The notes under the pieces: generated by a model
The model's database searches: none
Told to the model about the DNA's origin: nothing
What the model saw: only the letters and a program-made list of their open reading frames with translations
In this document: in pieces, positions 1 to 8,107 of the stretch
How the letters are laid out: each line of letters starts with the position of its first letter
How positions within the stretch are numbered: the stretch's first letter is position 1
Translations under genes and position numbers: made by a program
Virus record (IMG/VR): IMGVR_UViG_2563366969_000004
Location: 1-40,824 of that record
From: a virus
Taxonomy: Duplodnaviria > Heunggongvirae > Uroviricota > Caudoviricetes
Reading direction: 5' to 3' (one strand)
DNA: 40,824 nt

Positions 1-516
1 ATGAAATTTAAAAAATGTCTTCTGCCTGTGGCAATGTTAGCGTCATTCACTCTGGCAGGATGCCAGTCAAATGCTGATGATCATGCCGCCGATGTTTATC
101 AAACCGATCAACTGAATACCAAACAAGAAACTAAAACCGTTAATATTATTTCCATTCTTCCCGCAAAAGTTGCCGTAGACAACGCCCAAAATAAACGGAA
201 CGCACAAGCCTTCGGCGCGCTTATTGGCGCTGTCGCTGGCGGTGTTATCGGCCACAACGTCGGGTCTGGCAGCAATTCCGGAACGACGGCAGGTGCAGTT
301 GGCGGCGGAGCTGTAGGCGCGGCAGCGGGTTCGATGGTGAATGATAAAACCTTAGTGGAAGGTGTTTCTTTAACATATAAGGAAGGCACCAAAGTGTATA
401 CCTCCACCCAGGTGGGTAAAGAGTGCCAGTTTACGACAGGTTTAGCCGTTGTTATTACCACGACGTATAACGAAACGCGTATTCAGCCAAATACCAAATG
501 TCCTGAAAAGAGCTAA
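1..516 (+). CDS. Lipoprotein with glycine-zipper segment (probable host flank gene)
   Basis: ATG at position 1; signal peptide ending in lipobox LAGC; Gly/Ala-rich zipper (GALIGAVAGGVIGHNVG...) typical of enterobacterial 17-kDa-antigen/YcfJ-like outer membrane lipoproteins. Confidence 0.6.
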   Translation: MKFKKCLLPVAMLASFTLAGCQSNADDHAADVYQTDQLNTKQETKTVNIISILPAKVAVDNAQNKRNAQAFGALIGAVAGGVIGHNVGSGSNSGTTAGAVGGGAVGAAAGSMVNDKTLVEGVSLTYKEGTKVYTSTQVGKECQFTTGLAVVITTTYNETRIQPNTKCPEKS

Positions 517-531
517 TAATCAGGAGGAGTC

Positions 532-1071
532 ATGAAGAAAGTTTTTCTTTGCGCCATCTTAGCCTCCTTAAGCTATCCGGCTATCGCCTCATCATTGCAG
601 GATCAACTCTCGGCTGTCGCAGAAGCGGAACAGCAAGGTAAAAATGAAGAGCAAAGGCAGCATGACGAATGGGTCGCGGAGCGCAACAGGGAAATCCAGC
701 AAGAGAAGCAACGTCGCGCAAACGCCCAGGCCGCGGCTAATAAAAGAGCGGCAACGGCAGCAGCGAATAAGAAAGCTCGTCAGGATAAACTGGACGCCGA
801 AGCCACTGCGGACAAAAAACGCGATCAAAGTTATGAAGATGAGCTACGTAGCTTAGAGATTCAGAAACAAAAACTGGCGCTGGCGAAAGAAGAAGCCCGC
901 GTCAAGCGCGAAAACGAATTTATCGATCAGGAACTGAAGCACAAAGCTGCGCAAACCGATGTGGTGCAATCTGAAGCTGACGCAAACAGAAATATGACTG
1001 AAGGCGGTCGCGATCTGATGAAAAGCGTGGGCAAAGCAGAAGAGAACAAATCGGACAGCTGGTTTAATTAA
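532..1071 (+). CDS. Secreted Lys/Glu/Ala-rich coiled-coil protein, unknown function (probable host flank gene)
   Basis: SD AGGAGG upstream of ATG; N-terminal signal peptide; highly charged low-complexity body; followed by bidirectional terminator. Confidence 0.55.
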   Translation: MKKVFLCAILASLSYPAIASSLQDQLSAVAEAEQQGKNEEQRQHDEWVAERNREIQQEKQRRANAQAAANKRAATAAANKKARQDKLDAEATADKKRDQSYEDELRSLEIQKQKLALAKEEARVKRENEFIDQELKHKAAQTDVVQSEADANRNMTEGGRDLMKSVGKAEENKSDSWFN

Positions 1072-1110
1072 TCGATGTAAGTAACTTCAAGCCTATAATT
1101 CTTGAAGATA

Positions 1111-1140
1111 AAAAACCCTCTGTAGTAACAGAGGGTTTTG
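1111..1140. terminator. Bidirectional rho-independent terminator
   Basis: AAAAA-CCCTCTGT-agta-ACAGAGGG-TTTTG: 8-bp stem flanked by A-run and T-run. Confidence 0.6.
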
Positions 1141-1267
1141 TTCATTCATAGTGCAGGGATCAAAATCATTCCCACTCAATTATTTACGGATACCATAAAC
1201 AATTGATTGATAACAACTTTCTGCAACATGATTTTCACCGTACCGTTTTATATACCGTCGCCGGAAA

Positions 1268-1765
1268 TCAGTGCCACGATTTTTGCTTCTTCAGTGAATC
1301 GTATTGCTGTTCGCAGGATTCTCCTGCAATCCGATACTTTTCAGCCTCAGCTGCTGTTGCGTTGTAAACTCGATTGCTTTCTTCAAGCATGTCGGCGAGC
1401 ACACCGATGACCTTGCTGGCTGGCGTGCCAGTGGGGAAAGATCCGGTATAGTGTTCGGCGAGTCGCTTGGTTTTGTCAAGCTCGGCGCGCAGGCTGTCAG
1501 CAGCGGCATTAGCATGCTCAGCATCAACACGCGCCACATCGATACGGGATTGTGCTTCACGTTCAATTTGTGTTTTCTCCTGATCACGTTGTGACCTGGC
1601 CTTATCATCAGCCTGTTTCTGATCTTCCTGTGCCTGCGCATACCCGGCATCGTACTGGCGGCTGCCGTGTATATTCCAGGCAACCACTCCGACGATGAAC
1701 AGAGCAGCAAGCATCAACACGATAAGCAGCTGTTTCCAATATGCTTTTACGAATGTCAGGATCAT
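1268..1765 (-). CDS. Rz-like i-spanin (lysis)
   Basis: N-terminal TM helix then charged coiled-coil periplasmic domain; immediately downstream of endolysin with 4-nt overlap. Confidence 0.7.
   Translation of the reverse strand: MILTFVKAYWKQLLIVLMLAALFIVGVVAWNIHGSRQYDAGYAQAQEDQKQADDKARSQRDQEKTQIEREAQSRIDVARVDAEHANAAADSLRAELDKTKRLAEHYTGSFPTGTPASKVIGVLADMLEESNRVYNATAAEAEKYRIAGESCEQQYDSLKKQKSWH
1291..1539 (-). CDS. Rz1-like o-spanin candidate embedded in alternate frame of Rz
   Basis: ATG at 1537..1539 (complement); signal peptide with lipobox LTAC followed by proline-rich mature region; wholly inside Rz gene in a different frame; start uncertain (other in-frame ATGs at 1522, 1513, 1507). Confidence 0.4.
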   Translation of the reverse strand: MWRVLMLSMLMPLLTACAPSLTKPSDSPNTIPDLSPLARQPARSSVCSPTCLKKAIEFTTQQQLRLKSIGLQENPANSNTIH

Positions 1766-2391
1766 ACCGCCAGCACCTTACTGGCATTGATGTATCGCGC
1801 GCGCCGGTCGTCGATGCCGTTCCGGCCACCATTGATAATCAGAGTTACACGTGCAATATCGCCGGTATACTTCATGCATCCTTTGCTGGCAAAGAACCAC
1901 GCCGCGCTACGAGCCGCATATTCGTCCTGCGCCAGCAGTTCAGGGCTCTCCAGCAGGTCAACCTTCAGACCGTTTCCGCAATCACGATAGTTATTCAAAC
2001 CGGTAATCTGGATAAGTCCGCGCCCTCGGTAATTCCAGCCATCACCAGGGGCATTGTTCCCCATGCGTTTGCTGTATACCAGATTTGCGATCGCGCGCTG
2101 GCGCTCAAGTGGCAATGGTGGTTCACCAGCACGGCGCCCCAGTGCATTAGCCTGCCCCTGAGTGAGACGCCCAGCCCGAACGAAGTTAGCCAGTCCGCTG
2201 ACACTGTAGTTGAAATTCTCTTGCAACCTGGTGAAGCCCCCAGACTCATGCCCGACTTGAGCAATAAACATTGCCTGATCTTCTGCTTTGCTGATACCAA
2301 ACTCTTTCATCGCAGAAGTTATATGCGAGAACCAGCGTGCGGCCAGTGCCTCGCTGATACCAGCAGCTCGCTGGAATTGTTTAATCTCCAT
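1762..2391 (-). CDS. Endolysin, glycoside hydrolase family 19 (chitinase-like lysozyme)
   Basis: Protein from [11 protein letters not shown]... with [12 protein letters not shown] and [12 protein letters not shown] motifs characteristic of GH19 phage endolysins; SD GAGGT 7 nt upstream of ATG at 2389..2391; the six-frame ORF extends further upstream without RBS. Confidence 0.8.
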   Translation of the reverse strand: MEIKQFQRAAGISEALAARWFSHITSAMKEFGISKAEDQAMFIAQVGHESGGFTRLQENFNYSVSGLANFVRAGRLTQGQANALGRRAGEPPLPLERQRAIANLVYSKRMGNNAPGDGWNYRGRGLIQITGLNNYRDCGNGLKVDLLESPELLAQDEYAARSAAWFFASKGCMKYTGDIARVTLIINGGRNGIDDRRARYINASKVLAV

Positions 2392-2689
2392 GTTTAGACC
2401 TCGATACTTTAAAAATTTGAACGACGTTACCGCGCGTTTTAATAACCGCAGCCAGCATGACAGCGTTGATAATGACCTCAGATAAATCCACAGCCATTGG
2501 CGTACGTAACCAGATTGCATAGGCGACTCGAACAGGAATACTGGCCGCAGCAACAATCAGGAAATAAGCAAGCCATCCTCCCCACCTTCGATGTTGAGAG
2601 CCGTTACGCCGGAATGTGACAACGCGAATTGCTATGCCAGTGCAAATAACTGCATTGGTGATAAGCAAAAAAAACTCATGCGTTACCAT
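2381..2689 (-). CDS. Small membrane protein in lysis cassette (holin or antiholin candidate)
   Basis: About 3 predicted hydrophobic helices, 102 aa, overlaps holin end and endolysin start. Confidence 0.5.
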   Translation of the reverse strand: MVTHEFFLLITNAVICTGIAIRVVTFRRNGSQHRRWGGWLAYFLIVAAASIPVRVAYAIWLRTPMAVDLSEVIINAVMLAAVIKTRGNVVQIFKVSRSKHGD

Positions 2690-3080
2690 CGTCTTTTCTC
2701 CCCGGAATTAACTCGCGTGGATTATCGGAACGGTGATAGAGCCATATACCAATACGCACAGCGACAATTGCTGACACGAATGCGCCTGCAGAGAAAACAA
2801 TCCCTTTTTCAAAAGAGTCCTGCGTGATGGTAGGGATCAGGCTGGCTATGCCGATAAGAATTGATGCTGCTGGTTTGTAAAAGAGAAGGCCGCAAAGAAA
2901 GCTGAGCATCGACAGGAGCACCCGGCGACGGATGGGGTACTCTACTGCAGAGGTAACAAAAATTACCGCCCCAGCCAAAGCCCCTAAAGCAACCTCCGGA
3001 GGGACACCTGCAATAACCGCAGCAAGAGAACCAAAACTAAGCAACTGATTTAATTGCTCACTTGTTACTTGAGCAGACAT
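2676..3080 (-). CDS. Holin candidate
   Basis: 134 aa, multiple hydrophobic helices, charged C-terminus; SD CAGGAG upstream; first gene of lysis cassette. Confidence 0.55.
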   Translation of the reverse strand: MSAQVTSEQLNQLLSFGSLAAVIAGVPPEVALGALAGAVIFVTSAVEYPIRRRVLLSMLSFLCGLLFYKPAASILIGIASLIPTITQDSFEKGIVFSAGAFVSAIVAVRIGIWLYHRSDNPRELIPGRKDDGNA

Positions 3081-3361
3081 ACTTTCTCCTGTTTACTATC
3101 TATAAGCCAGTCAATTATTGATGACTAAACCCGCATAGTAAACCATATATGAATCATTATTGTTCCGTATCATATATCTCAATAAAAGTACTAATGATTT
3201 TACAGAACGAGCCAGCAGAGTGGGGGCAGTTGTACAGGAACCATAGACTTAATTTTGTATTTAATAATGCTATGGTGTAATAAACCTGAACATGTATTTA
3301 AAATACGTACTGATTCATGATAGAATTCAAAGATAACTTTTCACAAACTCCGTTTTTGATA

Positions 3362-3388
3362 CCCGCAAAATATTGCGGGCTTTTTTTT
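3362..3388 (+). terminator. Rho-independent terminator oriented for plus strand
   Basis: CCCGCAA-aata-TTGCGGG followed by T8; overlaps stop of tailspike gene; no annotated plus-strand gene upstream. Confidence 0.45.
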
Positions 3389-6300
3389 AACGTTCTTCCA
3401 GAGACTGAATCCGCTCTTTTATCTTATCCATTTCTCTGCGCTGCCATGCTGCCTCGATATAGAATAAGAGATCAGGTCTGACCCCCCATCTAGATCCTGC
3501 TGGCGTTATTTCAACGCGCTCAATGATGTCTTCCATTACCATCACTGGATTATCATCCTCATCAACAATGATGCTCCCGTCATTATCAGTCAGCGGCATT
3601 TCCCTTTGGCCAGTAATGACGTCATCATATACTGCGGGATAATCGTCATAGCAAAGAAAGGCATAGCGGCATGTTGTGCTTTCTTCTTCCATGAGTCCGT
3701 GAGAAATAAGAACATCACGAAGTTGCTGCGCGATTACACCATGATGTATCCTCGCCCCTTCTTCCCCCTTTATAGCGACAGCGTTCAGCCATTTATAAGC
3801 GATATACCTGACGTCACCCCAGGCATCCAGCAATGCTTCGTCAGGAGAGACCGGCTCTGTCTTTAATGTTCCGTCACTGGTAACCACAGGATTGGAGCCA
3901 AGATAAACTGTCGAGAACCTGTTTCCCGGACCACCAAGAGCATTTACATTATCAAGATAAGGTTTAACATCTCCGTTCTCAAAAAGATGTTCGAGTGCGT
4001 TATATACCGCGCGACGTGGAGTACTGCTTCCGGAACCATGCAACGTTATCATTGCACCATCTGCTGAAGACGTTGTTTCACCGCCGCTAACGATTAATCT
4101 CTGAGCGGTAACATCATCAGACGGTACTTTCTTCGCAATAATGGCGTAATTACCCTCAAGTTTGACTTCCGCGCGAACTTGTCCTGATGTACCTGCATGG
4201 ACAGTCAGTGACTGGACGGCAACATCATCTGTGAAATCAACGGGTACAGGAACCGTCCTCACGCCTGACGTCGACATAAAAGTAGGAAGCGTTCTGTTAG
4301 GAGTGGCTCCGTAGACAAAATCCCTTGAAACAAATTCTTCCTGTTTAATTTTCACCCTGAAACAATACAAATCAGCCGGGTGACCATCGTGAACATAAGG
4401 ATATTTTCTGTTGTTATCCCCTATGCTCCATGGGTTTAGAAAGTCTTCCCCACCGAAAATGTAGTACAGCCAGTTGTCTTTGATACAAACTGAACCAACA
4501 CCAACCGCAGAGTTAACTATTCCGCCCTGATAAATCTGATCAGTAACATTAACCCACTCTACATTATCCAGACTCCACTCATTGACGTTAACTCTGGTCA
4601 TAAATGTTCTTGGATAGTTTCCTGCATAACGGTTATCAGGTTCTCCTCCTTCCCACTCACCAAATGCGCGCTCACTGCCAAAAATAATCAGCTCATCGCC
4701 AACTTTGGCAAAAGGAAGGTTTGAGTGATGAACATTATTTGGGAAGCGAAGAGAATTCCATGATGTACCTAAATCAGAGCTTCTGTGCAATGAACTACCG
4801 GGTTGAGTACTTAATGTCCCCCTGGTCGTCAGATACAGAATGCCATCATAATATTTTACACATGGCTCAGATGCATTCGCCTCATATTCTGCAGGTATGC
4901 GTCTGCGAACAAAGCTACCAGGAGAACCGAAAGCATCAGAGAAATAGAGTATCCCAAGCTCGCGTGGACCAATATCACCATTATGGTAGCCAACAGCAAA
5001 ACTGTTATCGCTAATCGTCGCAAAACTGTGAATCTCAGTAACAGGAGTGCTTCCGTCAACAAAAGAAGGAATAGTTCCAAGACTGGTTTTTCTCCATGGT
5101 GACGAGTGAAATGATGTACCAAAACTCCAGTATCTACCCTCGTTATTCTGATCCACATCCTGGGTATTTTGCGTCGTAACTGTAAAAGTATTTTTATCAA
5201 TAACAGTAGTCACCGTCATATTCCCGGTAACACCTGTAACACCAGAGTTTGAGAAGTTGACAAAATCACCAGCAAATAATCCGTGATCAGTAATGCGAAT
5301 ATAAGCGACTTGCTGATTTGCTGCTTTCGTTATACCACCATAAACGCGAAGGCTGCGACTCATTGGGCGATCCCACAACTCTGCAACCTGCAGTTTATTT
5401 CCGCTCACGGTCCGCGTCTCAATTACAGCAAAAAGGCGATTTCTGACAACCCCCATACTCATGCAGTGATAGTTAACTGTGGGATAGTTTTCATGTAAAT
5501 CTGTAAGCCATTCCGGCGTTGTCCAGGTCTTCCCGTCATCTCCTGAGCGAACCCATGCAACATGGAGGTTATTTACACCATGGCGGTCTCCAGCCATAAA
5601 AGGCGCATAGATGACATTGTCATATACAAACGTTTTATCCTGCGTCCAGGCGTTGTACCACGGTGTATCTGTAATTTTAAATAACTCTCCCTGGATAAAA
5701 TCTTCAGAAGCATAAAAAAGAGGCTGGCCCGGTATTCTCTCAAATAAAAAACGAGCATTTTTAAATCGACTGACATCCGGAAGAGTTGATACTTTAAAAG
5801 TAAGCCCTAATCCGTCAATTTTATAACCTGGAGATGAGGCTTCAAGGCACGCGCTTATTGCAGTGGAATCGTCATTTATACCATCACCAACAGCTCCAAA
5901 ATCTTTGGGGCTAATAGCATCACGCATTTTATCCTGGAACGTTCGGTACACAGCCCCAGAACCATACTGAATAAACCAACCAAAACCACCAACAACCCCG
6001 GCGATTGCAGCATCGACATAATTACGCATTGAGCGATTATTTACAGCGTCCTGCTCAAATGATGGATCTGCAAGGTTAGAAATTTTGTTTTGCTTTGCAT
6101 CGTAATATTTTGCAAGCAAAGATGGTTTCATCAATGCACGTCTGAACCACCCAAAACATTGCTGGATCAGCATCGTCAGGTAGTCAAAGGCATCTTCATG
6201 CACTTCGGGGAAAAATTTTCCCTGATTGCGAAGGTCTGTCTCCTGCACTACATCAAGCACACGATCTATCGTAATTCGCCATCCAGTAGCAAGCGGAGAC

Positions 6301-6506
6301 GGAAGAACCACAGAACCGCCACTATAAGTGCCCGCCCCAGTTACCGTATAACCGGTATCCAGAACCAATTCTGTTACGTTTCCGTTCAGGTCAGACACCT
6401 GAACAACCAGGTCTGATTTTCTGAAAATTCGAAAAGTATACGGAAACGATGTCGTAACGCCGTTACCGGTGTATTCGTTGTGGTCAACTTCGGTTGAGAC
6501 CGTCAT
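3387..6506 (-). CDS. Tailspike / polysaccharide depolymerase with C-terminal intramolecular chaperone (peptidase S74-like) domain
   Basis: 1039 aa; N-terminal virion-attachment-like segment; motif DFGAVGDGINDDSTAI; two Asp-box motifs (SGDDGKTW, SSDLGTSW) as in sialidase-type propellers; C-terminal SDGTLK motif and conserved tail resembling the auto-cleaving chaperone of endosialidases; SD GGAG upstream. Confidence 0.8.
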   Translation of the reverse strand: MTVSTEVDHNEYTGNGVTTSFPYTFRIFRKSDLVVQVSDLNGNVTELVLDTGYTVTGAGTYSGGSVVLPSPLATGWRITIDRVLDVVQETDLRNQGKFFPEVHEDAFDYLTMLIQQCFGWFRRALMKPSLLAKYYDAKQNKISNLADPSFEQDAVNNRSMRNYVDAAIAGVVGGFGWFIQYGSGAVYRTFQDKMRDAISPKDFGAVGDGINDDSTAISACLEASSPGYKIDGLGLTFKVSTLPDVSRFKNARFLFERIPGQPLFYASEDFIQGELFKITDTPWYNAWTQDKTFVYDNVIYAPFMAGDRHGVNNLHVAWVRSGDDGKTWTTPEWLTDLHENYPTVNYHCMSMGVVRNRLFAVIETRTVSGNKLQVAELWDRPMSRSLRVYGGITKAANQQVAYIRITDHGLFAGDFVNFSNSGVTGVTGNMTVTTVIDKNTFTVTTQNTQDVDQNNEGRYWSFGTSFHSSPWRKTSLGTIPSFVDGSTPVTEIHSFATISDNSFAVGYHNGDIGPRELGILYFSDAFGSPGSFVRRRIPAEYEANASEPCVKYYDGILYLTTRGTLSTQPGSSLHRSSDLGTSWNSLRFPNNVHHSNLPFAKVGDELIIFGSERAFGEWEGGEPDNRYAGNYPRTFMTRVNVNEWSLDNVEWVNVTDQIYQGGIVNSAVGVGSVCIKDNWLYYIFGGEDFLNPWSIGDNNRKYPYVHDGHPADLYCFRVKIKQEEFVSRDFVYGATPNRTLPTFMSTSGVRTVPVPVDFTDDVAVQSLTVHAGTSGQVRAEVKLEGNYAIIAKKVPSDDVTAQRLIVSGGETTSSADGAMITLHGSGSSTPRRAVYNALEHLFENGDVKPYLDNVNALGGPGNRFSTVYLGSNPVVTSDGTLKTEPVSPDEALLDAWGDVRYIAYKWLNAVAIKGEEGARIHHGVIAQQLRDVLISHGLMEEESTTCRYAFLCYDDYPAVYDDVITGQREMPLTDNDGSIIVDEDDNPVMVMEDIIERVEITPAGSRWGVRPDLLFYIEAAWQRREMDKIKERIQSLEER

Positions 6507-6610
6507 GTTAAATCTCCAGATAGTCGCAGCACCCGTTGCGCCGCATATCTGGTTATTCTATTACCTGGAAAACCACATATGGATAGAAAGGCTGTAAATA
6601 CGAATAGATA

Positions 6611-6625
6611 TTACCTTTCAGGTAA
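6611..6625. promoter_or_regulatory. TTACC-N5-GGTAA palindrome (putative repressor operator), copy A
   Basis: ATTACCtttcaGGTAAT perfect inverted repeat upstream of small antirepressor-like gene. Confidence 0.5.
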
Positions 6626-6662
6626 TTTGCAAAACGTGCTGGATAGCAAACAAATTATTTGA

Positions 6663-6682
6663 TACTGTATAAATATACAGTT
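6663..6682. promoter_or_regulatory. LexA (SOS) box overlapping promoter of 6702..6959 gene
   Basis: TACTGTATAAATATACAGTT: CTGT-N8-ACAG with AT-rich spacer, near-consensus to enterobacterial SOS box TACTGTATATATATACAGTA; overlaps TATAAA -10-like hexamer. Confidence 0.65.
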
Positions 6683-6701
6683 ATTGCATGGAGAAGATAA
6701 G

Positions 6702-6959
6702 ATGCAGCAGTATCACTATCCACTGGAAGACGGATTTACCGAAAGGATTCACACGCCGGGAGGCGTCAGGTCACTGGTGGAGGGATCGCACTTGATGAAA
6801 TTACTCCGGGATCTCGATAAGGATGGATTTAATGTCGATGGCCCACTTGCCGAACTGACTGCACTGATTAACTACGTCACCAGCTCACAGATGTCTATGC
6901 AGGATCTGCAAACACATCTCGACTATTGTGCCGAACAATTACGAAAACAAACCCGGTAA
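6702..6959 (+). CDS. Small protein (85 aa) homologous to C-terminal domain of the Bro-N protein at 8108..8818; candidate SOS-inducible antirepressor
   Basis: ATG at 6702 with SD GGAG 8 nt upstream (the six-frame ORF start at 6684 is TTG); roughly 40 percent identity by eye over about 70 aa to residues about 165-236 of the Bro-N protein; LexA box on its promoter. Confidence 0.6.
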   Translation: MQQYHYPLEDGFTERIHTPGGVRSLVEGSHLMKLLRDLDKDGFNVDGPLAELTALINYVTSSQMSMQDLQTHLDYCAEQLRKQTR

Positions 6960-6965
6960 ATTTAA

Positions 6966-6983
6966 AGGCCGCAAGAGCGGCCT
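6966..6983. terminator. Hairpin between convergent genes (terminator-like)
   Basis: AGGCCGC-aaga-GCGGCCT; same stem sequence recurs at 9642..9659. Confidence 0.4.
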
Positions 6984-7710
6984 ATCGTTTCGCTTTGTGC
7001 TCGTCCCAGCACGTTTTGCACCATGCCATTAAGCCGTCCGCATTTTGATTATTAGGGTAAAAGCTGGTCCGTTTTCTGCGGACATTACAAATTGGGCACC
7101 ACTTCATATGGCGTGTATTCTTTGGGCCATCGAGACACCTTGCACACCACTTAGTCAATCCATCTGGATTTTTTGACGATTTCCGGAATTTGTCATATGG
7201 AAGGTTTATTCTGCATCGCAAACACTGCTTGCGGCCACTTGAAACTCTGTTAGCTGATTCTTCTTTTGGCGGCGATACAGAAGGTATTCTTGCTGGCTCT
7301 GATACTGCCTGAGGTGCTTTTTTAGATGACTGAGACGATATGTCATCACCAGGGAATCTTCCATGATATGCCGGACGCGTTGACACTCCAGGTGGAAGCT
7401 CAGCTGTAAACGGCTTTGGCTGAATCAGTTGCCTCTCTTTTGCTAACTCCTGCTGTTTATAATATGTCTGGATTACCGCACTATCATAAGCAGGAGGTAC
7501 GGAAATATCAGGCGCGTTACCTCCAGTTTTTTGAAAATGAGTAGATGTGTGTTCTATCACCTGTGTACGACTAATCGTTACCTCCCCATCTTCGGTCTTT
7601 ATCGTTTTGTTCTGATTAACGACCGTACGATCAGAGATCTTAGTCTTGTTCTGGTTGATAACGTAAATAATCACCGCAACCACACCAACAACTATCCAGA
7701 AAACTTCCAT
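6982..7710 (-). CDS. Membrane-anchored protein with tandem C4 zinc-ribbon repeats, unknown function
   Basis: N-terminal TM helix followed by basic residues; C-terminal two repeats of C-x2-C-x21/22-(DGL..W)C-x2-C; SD GAGGAAAA upstream of ATG. Confidence 0.6.
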   Translation of the reverse strand: MEVFWIVVGVVAVIIYVINQNKTKISDRTVVNQNKTIKTEDGEVTISRTQVIEHTSTHFQKTGGNAPDISVPPAYDSAVIQTYYKQQELAKERQLIQPKPFTAELPPGVSTRPAYHGRFPGDDISSQSSKKAPQAVSEPARIPSVSPPKEESANRVSSGRKQCLRCRINLPYDKFRKSSKNPDGLTKWCARCLDGPKNTRHMKWCPICNVRRKRTSFYPNNQNADGLMAWCKTCWDEHKAKR

Positions 7711-7730
7711 TGCTTTTCCTCACAATAACA

Positions 7731-7745
7731 TTACCTTAAAGGTAA
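7731..7745. promoter_or_regulatory. TTACC-N5-GGTAA palindrome, copy B
   Basis: ATTACCttaaaGGTAAT, 20 bp upstream of start of 6982..7710 gene in divergent region. Confidence 0.5.
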
Positions 7746-7823
7746 TATCTTGCTTTCAGGTGATCAAGCGTTAAACGCAATCAACCAAATACGGTTGATT
7801 TTAATATTTCTTCGCGTTTATCA

Positions 7824-7838
7824 TTACCTTTGCGGTAA
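7824..7838. promoter_or_regulatory. TTACC-N5-GGTAA palindrome, copy B2
   Basis: TTACCtttgcGGTAA between divergent accessory genes, upstream of structured leader. Confidence 0.5.
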
Positions 7839-7929
7839 ATTTACATCGCACTCCTCTTGTGCCATAGTAATCGGGCACTGGCAAAATCCAGTGCCGGGAT
7901 TGGCGTCCCGGGTTACTAAGTGGCGCATA

Positions 7930-7951
7930 CCACGCCAGACGTGGTTTTTTT
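7930..7951 (+). terminator. Rho-independent terminator/attenuator upstream of Bro-N gene
   Basis: CCACG-ccaga-CGTGG followed by T7; preceded by two further hairpins (7874..7895, 7895..7911). Confidence 0.5.
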
Positions 7952-8107
7952 ATGCGTTAAGCACAGCTATATCCGAATTATGGTGGGCTGGGCAGGGGTC
8001 CGAAAGGACGCCGGTACCACTTAGGCCGGTACGCCAACCTTGTCCAGTTCACCACCAGTAATTGGCGTTGCGGTGGTGATTAAAATCACTAAGTGGAGAT
8101 AACCACC

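Noticed and set aside
67-461. Minus-strand ORFs of 62 and 117 aa inside the lipoprotein gene
   Set aside because: Antisense to a well-supported gene, low-complexity Ala/Pro translation of the Gly/Ala zipper coding region, no RBS
1-1071. Left-flank lipoprotein and coiled-coil protein as phage lysogenic-conversion genes
   Set aside because: They lie beyond the Rz gene and a bidirectional terminator, on the opposite strand, with composition unlike the AT-rich morons; more consistent with host genes, though the attachment site is not visible so this is not certain
1741-2397. 218-aa plus-strand ORF antisense to endolysin
   Set aside because: Endolysin reading frame has clear GH19 motifs and an SD; the antisense frame has none
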